Below are positions 12,418-22,816 of a stretch of DNA of 64,000 nucleotides, one piece after another. Within the stretch, counting starts at the first letter, position 1, and each line of letters opens with the position of its first letter. The position numbers and the translations under genes were made by a program. Location of the stretch: assembly GCF_001194135.2 (NCBI RefSeq), contig NC_068985.1, positions 31,299,385 to 31,363,384 of the forward strand, read 5' to 3'. Below the pieces are notes generated by a model. The model was given only the letters and a program-made list of their open reading frames with translations, ran no database searches and was not told the origin of the DNA. This DNA is from Octopus bimaculoides. Lineage: Eukaryota.

Positions 12418-12567
12418 GGCGGAGGTAAAGGACATGGATCACACCCCCGTTGAAATACCGATTTTTCTTTTTTGCAGATTCGGAATCTCCGCAGTCGAAA
12501 AAGTGGGTTTCTGTAGGGGACCCCCCCCCCCCCAAATAGGGTGTGGTCCATGTCCTTTACCTCCGCC
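12418..12567. mobile_element. 150-bp MITE-like element with 29-bp terminal inverted repeats
   Basis: GGCGGAGGTAAAGGACATGGATCACACCC (12418-12446) pairs with 12539-12567 with one mismatch. Confidence 0.7.
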
Positions 12568-13370
12568 AATTATCAACTTCATCCAAACCTTTCGATTTCT
12601 AGGAAATAGTGATTTTGCAAAAGGAAAGAGAAACTCTAATTTTTAATATATTTGTGTCTTCCTCGTTTTCCATAACATTTTCATTTTTCCCGCCTTTGCG
12701 AATTTTTTTTTTTAGAATAGGCACAGGAGCGGCTGTGTGGGGACTGGCAATTGGAGTACCGACAGGCACTTCAGCTACTCTCTCGGGCAGGCAAATNNNN
12801 NNNNNNNNNNNNNNNNNNNNNNNNNNNNNNNNNNNNNNNNNNNNNNNNNNNNNNNNNNNNNNNNNNNNNNNNNNNNNNNNNNNNNNNNNNNNNNNNNNNN
12901 NNNNNNNNNNNNNNNNNNNNNNNNNNNNNNNNNNNNNNNNNNNNNNNNNNNNNNNNNNNNNNNNNNNNNNNNNNNNNNNNNNNNNNNNNNNNNNNNNNNN
13001 NNNNNNNNNNNNNNNNNNNNNNNNNNNNNNNNNNNNNNNNNNNNNNNNNNNNNNNNNNNNNNNNNNNNNNNNNNNNNNNNNNNNNNNNNNNNNNNNNNNN
13101 NNNNNNNNNNNNNNNNNNNNNNNNNNNNNNNNNNNNNNNNNNNNNNNNNNAAACCTGGTGGTCGTATGCCTATCCTTCAGGAAAGCCATCACAAATTGCA
13201 TCTGTAATGAGCAATGCTTTAATCGAACATTGTAAATATAATCAAATTAGTATTGTATATTTAAAATTGTAAATATTTAATCGATACAGCTACTTCACCC
13301 CTTTTATGTTTGTCTGTCCTTGTTCGTCCCCTCTTTGTAATGCCTTTATGGCAGATATTTATGAAATAAA

Positions 13371-13748
13371 GTAGCTTGCTTACCAACCACATGGTTCCGG
13401 GTTCGGTCCCACTTCGTGGTACCTTGGGCAAGTGTCTTCTACTATAGCCTCGGGCCGACCAAAGCCTTGTGAGTGGATTTGGTAGGCGAAAACTGAAAGA
13501 AGCCCGTTGTATGTGTATATATGTATATATTTATATACATATATATGTATGTTTGTGCATCTGTTCGTCCCCTCAGTGTCGCTTGACAACCGATGCTGGT
13601 GAGTTTACGTTTCCGTAACGTAGCGGTTCGGCAAAAGTCACCGATAGAATAAGTTCTAGGCTTACAAAGAATAAGTCCTGGGTCGATTTGCTCCACTAAA
13701 GGCGGTGCTCCAGTATGGCTACAGTTAAATAACTGAAACAAATAAAAG
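13371..13748 (+). repeat. SINE family A, near full length
   Basis: Colinear with 63655-64000. Confidence 0.9.
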
Positions 13749-14010
13749 AAAATCGTGGAGTTTATGATAATGTAAAAATAAATATTTAAAAATATCCTTT
13801 TAGATAATCGTAGTTGTTTTGAAAAATGTTTGGTCAATATAAAGATCTTCACCCGTTAACGACAGTAAAAAAACCCCAAAAATACCCAGCCTGCTGGGTG
13901 TTAACAACTGTAGAAATCGAATAGGATCAGAATCATCTTAAGCACAGATTTTTTAATTAATTTTTTTCAACTAAACACTTTGAAACTTCGGATATTGGTT
14001 GAATGTGTCA

Positions 14011-14259
14011 CGTAGAAAAGATCTCGTAAGGATATCGGTACTGCTAAATCAGCGCGGACCCGAACGCGCTAGCTAGTCTTGAGTGGTCGATCCTATCCCT
14101 AACCCTAACCCTGTCCCTAACCCTAAACCTATCCCTAACCCGCGTGTGCAAATGAATACGTGTTTAGGGTTAGGATCGACCACTCACAACTAGCTAGCGC
14201 GACTGCGCGTTCGGGTCCGCGCTGCTTTAGTAGTACCAGGATATCTTATTTTTCTACGT
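14011..14259. repeat. GC-rich hairpin element with a degenerate (CCCTAA)n loop
   Basis: Arms 14031-14095 and 14171-14245 are near reverse complements; the loop contains ccctaaccctaaccctgtccctaaccctaaacctatccctaaccc. Confidence 0.8.
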
Positions 14260-14839
14260 ATTTCGNNNNNNNNNNNNNNNNNNNNNNNNNNNNNNNNNNN
14301 NNNNNNNNNNNNNNNNNNNNNNNNNNNNNNNNNNNNNNNNNNNNNNNNNNNNNNNNNNNNNNNNNNNNNNNNNNNNNNNNNNNNNNNNNNNNNNNNNNNN
14401 NNNNNNNNNNNNNNNNNNNNNNNNNNNNNNNNNNNNNNNNNNNNNNNNNNNNNNNNNNNNNNNNNNNNNNNNNNNNNNNNNNNNNNNNNNNNNNNNNNNN
14501 NNNNNNNNNNNNNNNNNNNNNNNNNNNNNNNNNNNNNNNNNNNNNNNNNNNNNNNNNNNNNNNNNNNNNNNNNNNNNNNNNNNNNNNNNNNNNNNNNNNN
14601 NNNNNNNNNNNNNNNNNNNNNNNNNNNNNNNNNNNNNNNNNNNNNNNNNNNNNNNNNNNNNNNNNNNNNNNNNNNNNNNNNNNNNNNNNNNNNNNNNNNN
14701 NNNNNNNNNNNNNNNNNNNNNNNNNNNNNNNNNNNNNNNNNNNNNNNNNNNNNAAATTATTTAAAATATAAAAATATAATTTTCAACAGAGAGAATTTAT
14801 CAAAATAGAAAACAAATGAAGTTTGAAGTTTAAAAATAA

Positions 14840-15070
14840 TAGGATTGACCACTCACGACTAGCTAGCGCGGACGCGCGAACTTTCGAGTAATAGATAGAT
14901 AGATAGAGAGAGAGAGACAGACAGACATATAGCTCGCTCCGGCCAGTCATGGTATAAGCTGTCAGTAGCCAAAGAATCGACAGGCCAGCAACAGGCATGC
15001 AGGCAGACAGACAGATACTTCACTAGCAGTGAGCACTTTCACTTCTGACAGCTAATAGCATGACAGTGCC
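14840..15070 (-). repeat. Family P copy 5
   Basis: Reverse complement of copies 1 and 3. Confidence 0.8.
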
Positions 15071-15534
15071 ATTTTTTTTTATCCTATGATGGTCCATCCC
15101 AAGATTCTGAAAAAAATTGTTTGTAGTTTCAATTTTTCACCCCCACCTCCCAATTCTATGGCCTTGGCCTTCAAGCAGGCTATCCACATGCTAGAAATAA
15201 CAGCTAAAACTGCGATAACGAAATATGTAATCAATCTACTCACCTTTCTGCAAAGAAATTTCCCGCAGTAATATGACAAAGTAATTCATGTGAAATTAAA
15301 GTTTATTTTTTTTGCTTTTTTTTTTGAAGTTACAAAAAATATGAGTGCAGAAAAAACAGCAAACTCTTTTGAAAAAAAAAAAAAAAAAAAAGCAAAGAAA
15401 TACTGTGACAAAGTGAAATTAAAGAGAATCATTTGACCAGCGGAACTGAAAATGGGCATATTTGCAATAAGCATGTTCAAACTAATCAGATTATAAGAAA
15501 CGAAAACCCATATATTGTTCTCATTATTGAATAT

Positions 15535-15706
15535 TAAGGCCGAGGAATTCGCAGAATCGTTGGAGCGTTGGGGAAAATACCTTATGGCATTGATGTGAGT
15601 TCAACTCACCGATGTCAACTTCATCTTTCCTCCTTCGGGTCGATAAAATAAACATATCTAAACCCATTTTTTTCAAAATTGATGGCCTTGTACTCAAACT
15701 AGAAAC
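15535..15706 (+). repeat. SINE family C, diverged
   Basis: gcagaatcgtt...gagttcaa...tcctccttcgggtcgataaaataa...ggccttgtac motif shared with 28165-28390. Confidence 0.6.
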
Positions 15707-16195
15707 AACTATGGAAAATACTCTAAAAACAATTATCAGAAAGTTTAATTATTACTGTAATTATTTGATTCGGATATATTTCAAAATTTCTCTGAAAAAC
15801 AAAATCTGTTTAAGAAATCTTTCTCATTTATTTGAAATATTCTGGAGAAACTCTTGAAGAGTCGAAAATAGGAAAGTTTCAGAGGCGTGTGTCATCAGAA
15901 TAAAGGTGGGAAGCAAAAACAGGATGGAGGTCTGGAATAGTTCGTCCTCACATAAGTTGGATTTTCTTCATTTTGACGGACATACTTCAAAATTTATTTG
16001 AATAGTTATGAATTTTTTTTTACCGCCGCCAACAAGAAAACGGAACTTTAATTATTCAAAGAAAGAAATTACAGTTATTTTTATGAAATAATGACCGACG
16101 CTATGGTGTAAGATTGCCATAAATGCAAGCATGGCTTCCGTCTGCTTCGGGACCAGCTAGAGTTTCGTCCCATTACATGGACACTGCCGGCGAGA

Positions 16196-17140
16196 TTAGT
16201 CCCGGACCAATCTCACCGCCAGTATGTCAGTTGCAATGCCTCTCCTAAGCGCCTCTTCTAAGTTCCTAACTAGGTTTCCTCCTATTCTATTTTTCTCTAT
16301 TGCTAGTGCTTTGCTAAACCTAATCGATTCTATTCTAATTTCTCTTTTCATGGCGTACCACCATTTGTTGTTGAGGATTAACCCCATTAACGCCCGCTTA
16401 ATTAATTCGCTAATCCGGTTTCTTAAGCTTGGCACGCCGGGAGTGACGCGTCCAGTTACGGATCCCTGCCTACGTAGTCTATCTAAGTCGGCCGTACAGA
16501 TTACAAATTTGTGATCAGTATAGCCGACAATTTTAAAAAGTGGACATCTTATACTATCCTTATCTATTGGTCTACAGAATATTCTATCTAGATAGGACCT
16601 GGATGACCCGATGCGGTTAGACCAGGTCCACATTAGCACATTCGGGAAAGGCAACAGGTACTTGTCAGACAGCTGAAAATGTCTTAGCAGGTTTGCGAGG
16701 CTTTTGCACCCACCTCTTCTCTTCGCTAGCCCCACAAGCACTAAAGGACAGGACGTTCTTAGGAAAACCTCCAGACGTCTGAAAAAGTCCGGCTGTCTTT
16801 CTGTCGGAGCATAAACAGCTACTAGTCTGAAGGCATGCCCGTCGCTACTGCTCACATCCAGGACCACCAACTTACCTTCTGGGTCCAAGAAGATAGTCCT
16901 TAGCTTGAAATTCAGGTCTCTCCAGATTAACACCACCGTTCTACCTCCCATTCCCGGTTGACATGGAGATAAATATATCTCGTATCCACCGAAGATGAGT
17001 ATGAAAGCTTGTCAATCGGAGAGTCTGGTTTCACTGATAGCCACTACATCGACACTTAGTGACCTGAGGTCGTTGAGTAGATGGTCTTGTTTCCAAGGTG
17101 ACCCTGGCCATGTGCATTTATACTCCCTACTCTGAGCAGG
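16196..17140 (-). mobile_element. Tx1/L1-like LINE fragment B: apurinic endonuclease domain and linker, 3'-truncated
   Basis: LRVGSINAHG..VDVVAISETRL..FRLVAVYAP..YLDRIFC..TDHKFV motifs. The GDxN catalytic segment is absent. Confidence 0.85.
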
Positions 17141-17664
17141 GTCAAGTAAGATCAAAGTATAGAGGCGGAAGAGAGTACTTACTGTGATTTAGTTGGCGAG
17201 GAGGGGATGGATGTTCCGTCCTCATTGGTATGTGTGAAATTTTCCACGAGCAGATCTTTATATAATCGTCTATTTATGTCTCTCTAGAAAGCCCCTACTC
17301 CTTCAGGATATTTATTTTGTTTTGATGATGTTATATGTGTTGTGATGTGTGTATGACTTAAATATGTGTTGATGTGTTGGTTCCCGGTGTGTGTGACGTC
17401 TGTATGGTTATATATGTGATCCATTAGTTTTTCATTGTTGGTGTCTATTGCTGTATAGTTCAAAATGTTTAAAATGTGATGGTAGTGATGGAGATATTTT
17501 TGTTGTTGACGGTATTACAGATGGAGAAGAACTAACAAGTTCCCCAAGGGCCTGCTTTGTTTAACTAAGTAATAATAACAAATATACAGTGTATAATAAT
17601 GTGTAACACTATGAATAACAGCAAAAATTACGGAGCGATGTGCAACACGTATCGATAGACAAAT

Positions 17665-20420
17665 AATTCTTTCTTTATTGGCCACCAGGGCCGAGCACAA
17701 ACCATAGAGGACGATACACAGACGAGGGACAGTGAGGTTAAACGTGTAAACAGCCAACAAATAACGATTAACAAAGAGATTAAATCAACAATATGCTTCC
17801 CCAATGGGGGTGGGGAGTTCCACCGTAAGGTGACAAAAGACATTTCACGCACTTTGGACCCCTTAACACCAAAGGCTTCTCAGGAAGGCACCCTCTCTTC
17901 TTTCTTCCATCCGGCATACAGGCACACACTTAGAGTAAGCCCATTCACGCGGGCCATTCTTGTCACATTCACCTACCTTTCAACGAACTTACCGGGTGAT
18001 AGTACCTCCCTCTCCAGCCTCAATTTCCTTTTCAGATGGAACCTGAAAAAGTCAATGAGGTCTGGTTTCAATCGCGTCCACCACACACCCTCTTTTGCCA
18101 TAGCCACCAGACAGAAAAATTGCTCTCCCTTCCCGGCCAAAGAAAGGAAGCGGGGCGATCTTCGCAATGGACTCGAACGATAACCGGATCCGTTCTACAC
18201 GTCAGTAATGCGCGGACACTGTACGAGAGCATGCAGAGCGGTTTCATCGCTCCGCGTGCATCTCGGACAAACCCGACTGAATGCATATCCGTGTCTGTAG
18301 AGCTTATCTCGTACCGGTTGCACTGCCAAGCCAGGAATTTTTGGAAGTTAATAGCTCCCGGCCCGAAAGTCCTCCGGAAGAGACCAGCCAGTTGATCCTC
18401 TTCGACGCCCAGGACCTCTCCGAGTACGTCGTCGTTCTTGACCTCCACTGATCCCCTATAGAACTACAAGGTGGAACTTCCACCAACCGCATTGCCTGAC
18501 TGACCGAGAGCTGTGAGCGCTTGGAAACTCTAGGTGCTAAGTGCCCTCACTCGGTCAACACCTGATCCAGGACTGTAGTTCCGTCAAGGAAACGAGCTGC
18601 AGAAAAGCATGTTCAACAGACGGCGATCACACCTGCTTATCGTTAAGGTATCGCTGGAGATATCGCAGTCTCAGCGAATGTCTGCGCATCCTCAGCCACG
18701 GCATGCCCAGTCCTCCACGCAACGGGTGCTAACAACAAATGGACCATCTGACAAGTGGTACCTGTCCCCTCCACAGGAAGCGGAAGAGCAAACGCACCAG
18801 CCCGTTCATCCACGAAACAGGGCAGGGAACGACAGTAAGGCGGTAGTATATGACGGATTCGATGTACGCATTCGCCACCTCCGCCCGACCTTTCAGGGAC
18901 AGCTTCCTTTCGGCCTATTTATGGGTGAGACTGGCTACCCTGTCTGTCACCTCGCCCCAGTTCTTGTTCACTTGGAAATACGGACCGAACCTGACCCCGA
19001 GCAACTTAACAGACCCTTCCGTCCAGCGCCCCACAACGCTTTCGGTTGGCATGGGTCTGCCTCTCCAGGTACCCAGCTGCAGGCCCACTGACTTCTCCTG
19101 GTTGACAATTGCTCCTATCACCGCTTCGTATTCCCTTAGGATAGTGTCGATCATCTCGATTTCCGAGATGTCCGACACTATCACGGTGACGTGGTCCATA
19201 TACACCGACACGAACCTTCTGTATCCCAGTTCACGCGGGATGCCCCTCGAAACCTCCAGCTTCCGCAGTAACGGCTCGAGTGCCAGTACGTAGAGAAGGG
19301 GTGAGAGTGAGCATCCTTGACGGACCGAACGTGCGATACTAAATGATTCCGAGAGGTGGCCATTTACTTTGACCACCGAACAGATGTCGCTGTACATCGC
19401 AGCAATCCAGCCTCTGAAAACGGGACCGAAACCAGCCGCCTTGAGGACAGCCTCCAAGTACAGATGGTCGACTCTATCAAAAGCTTTCGATTGATCTAAA
19501 TGGATCAGGGCCCCACTAATGCCAAGTTTTTTACCAACCCTCTCTATGATGTATCGCGTGTGTTGGAAGTTGTCGTGTATAGTTTTGCTGGGAATAGCGC
19601 AAGTCTGCGCATCACCCTCCAGTCTGTCAACGACTAGCGCCAACCTCTTTACTAACACCTTGGTTAAAATTTTGTAATATGTATTTAGTAGAGTTACTGT
19701 CCTAAAGTTATCAACAATGTCCCCCTTGTTCGGATGTTTTCTCAGTAGCGTCACCACACCTCGGCTCACAGATCCAGGTATTCTCCCATTCTGCTGCCAG
19801 TTGCAGCAGACGTTTCCCAAAAGCTGACTAAACAAGTCTGGCATATGTATATAAAGCTCGAAGGGCAGATCATCCAATCCCGGAGACCTCGCCCTCGTGC
19901 AACTAGCCAACGCGTCACGTGTATCTTCAGCTGTTATCGGCATTTCGCAGGACTCTACGTCCCTGGCCAAAAGCCGCGGCATACCATCAAGGTAGGAAGT
20001 GAAGTTCACCTCCGCCTCCAGGCCACCGCGCGTCCCGTAGAGTTCAGCAAAGTACCACTGAAATTCCACACAAATCTGCTTCGACTCGTGTAACATGCGC
20101 CCATCCCGACCTCTCAAAGACCGAATTGTAGTTTTATTACCACGTTGCGCCTCGGCCACTTGGGCCCATCAAACGGCTTTCGTTCCCTCCTGCTTTAGAG
20201 CATGCGCCCTAGCTCTAACAATGCAACCTTCATGCTTGGTGTTGAAGAATTAGTTCAGAACCAATCTCGCTGCCAGCACGTCGGTCGCCATGCCTCTACT
20301 GAGTGTCTTTTCTAATTTCCTAACTAGATCTCTCTCTACTCAAGTCATTCTAGTTCTCTAGTCTTCGCTAGTTCTCTGCTAAATTCTACAGTTTCTACTC
20401 TAATAGCCCGTTTTAGGGAC
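17665..20420 (-). mobile_element. Tx1/L1-like LINE fragment A: 5'-truncated, with linker, reverse transcriptase, C-terminal domain and 3' UTR ending aataaagaaagaa
   Basis: ORF 18915-20159 carries SPGLDDLP, DNFRTVTLLNTYYKILTKVL, LDQSKAFDRVDH, RQGCSLSPLLY and degenerate YMDH (YADD). Stops and frameshifts occur elsewhere. Confidence 0.92.
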
Positions 20421-20905
20421 CAATAATAATAATAATAATTATCCTTTCTACTATAGGCACAAGGCCTGAAATTTTCGGGGAGTGGGTAATTAAAGTCAGT
20501 TTACTACATAGAGAGAACATCACTGGCATCTTAATGATGAAAATGGAAAATTTACAGTAAATCAACAAATGAAATAAAGAATAAGGCTGTCTATATTTAT
20601 CTACACATACAGAAATGAAATATAATTGCGATTTATACTATAGATAAAGCGCACATCCCTCCCACCCAAAATGTCTCAAAAAATCACTCCCTGTCCTATC
20701 TGCGAAGTTGGGGCAACCATAATGCACTAAATCTTTTTTTTTTTTTTTTCCCTGAATATGCACTGCTGAAATCGAAATGTGTCAAATACACATGAGGTAT
20801 TTTTATGTCATCAAACGGAGAGAGAGAGAGGGCTGGGAGTACTACCTAAGGGCAAATAACTCTAATAAACATTATAGTTATTTACCCTTCAATGTTCGGA
20901 CAGCT

Positions 20906-20952
20906 ATGACGTCCATTATATCGGGATTTACTAAAAGTTTAATAAATCCAAG
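20906..20952 (+). CDS. MRPL40: MRPL40 exon 1 (47 nt, MTSIISGFTKSLINPR)
   Basis: ATG plus AG|gtaaag donor in the phase required by exon 2. The presequence-like region is poorly conserved, so support is from splice logic only. Confidence 0.65.
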
Positions 20953-22776
20953 GTAAAGATCATAGTATATATATAATACTCTCTTTAAAGACTTTTATTG
21001 ATACTTTTCGTTTATCAGTCGAATCTTTAATTGTATTATTCTTTTGCTTTTGTAAAATTCATGGTGACAATAAACATGTTTCTATAATAGAATAGATTAC
21101 GGTAATAATTTCTTTAATTGCCAACTCATGCCCCTTTATTTGTCAAAAAATATGCCCTTTAAATTATTAATAATGATATTTTTAACGCAAAGATTGCAAT
21201 TACAGTGCTTGTTATTTGATAAATATACGACCTTGAATGAACGCTGTGAATGTATGATGTCGCTAAAGCCAGGTCTGCAAATTAGATGGAAGGATTCATT
21301 CTTTTTCCTAATGTCATTGAAAATGACATAGACAGCAAATAATTCAGTTGCTTCTCTATAAATCTGAGAGATCGTATCTGTTTAAGAAATTTGTAATTCC
21401 GACTCCTATAATAATGTATCTATTTGTAACTTAGCAGCAAGTACTTGATGTAAAGTACCTTAATGGCATAATAACTTTTAGTGAATTAATTGAATATATA
21501 AATATATTGAGATCTCAATCAATTTCAACCATAGTATTAATGATTTTAGGAAGAGTGTTTATGACTTTTCCACGTAATTTACTTTAATCTTAGTTTAAAT
21601 TTTGATACAAAGCCAGCAACATCAGAGTAGATGTTAGTTGATTACATCGACTCTATTTGCTCGGCTCGTACTTTATCGAGCCCGAAAGAATGAAAGGCAA
21701 AGTCAAGCTTGGCGGAATTTGAACTCAGAACGTAAAGGGCCAGAAGAAATGCTGCTAAGTATTTTGTCCGACGTGCTCACGATTCTGTTGGTTCTTCGCT
21801 TTGCAATTTAGTTTAATCTTAAAAAAAAAAAAAACAGAATAAGATGAAGTTCAGTTTGTTAAAAAGACCGGAGAAAGACAACTAGCTTAATTCGAGAATA
21901 TTAGAATTTAAAGAGAATTGCTGTAGGATTTCTCAATCATTATTGTCATCCAATAAACTTAGACAATCGTATTTGAAATCATAGCAAGCAGCTTTCCTAT
22001 CTTTGCAGCTGAGAGATATTAACCTCACTGACACGAATTTGTATGGGATTCGTGTTTTCTTATACCTATCTGTTGTTTAAGAACATGTCGACATGCTATA
22101 TACTCTATCACAAGAAAATTTTCATAATACATACACACATTCTATCTGCTTGCATGCATGATTTTCGACGTTTCTTGACTGATAATAATAATTGGCTAAT
22201 ATCCTCGGATTTGTTAGTTTTCTCCAGTTCATTTGACAAATTAATCTCTTGGTCTGTTTTAAGCATTAAAATAAATTCTATGGAAACTTCATAAACTCTC
22301 TTCCTGTTAAATTCTTAGTATTGTATTTGAAATAGAGATCTTAATACTAAATGTTCTGTTAAGAAGTCCACAAAACGTAATCAGTCAAAATCTTCTCCTT
22401 CCAGACATCAATAATAGGTGCACACATATACTTGGACATGCACACAGGGGTGTATTTACACTGGTATTAAAGTGTACCGCAACAATACACAATGTAGTCA
22501 AGCACACTGATGCATGCTCACACTTCTGCTAGTATGTACATGTTTATAGACACATATAGGCACAAATGCATTTACAAATCTTTACACACTCACATGTATG
22601 TATGTAAGTAAGTACGAAAGAGCTAGCCAATTTGCAAAGTAGTTACAATGTTAGATAGATTGTTTTGCAGTAATTACTCTGGTGCTCTGTGGTCTGTTAA
22701 AATCCTACTTATGTTAACTATGTCTTTCATCTATTTTGAGTTGGTTAAATTTTTCTCTTTTGCGCATTCTCCCTTC

Positions 22777-22816
<40 letters not shown>

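Noticed and set aside
12599-14771. Long ORFs of 156-208 aa in the ORF track (also 8899-9177, 43737-44051, 48634-49489, 52385-52974)
   Set aside because: They are open only because they run through N-gaps (X residues).
15850-16110. Possible Tc1/mariner C-terminal remnant (FQRRV..QNKGG)
   Set aside because: It needs a frameshift, has no DDE motif and no TIR pair; too little to support.
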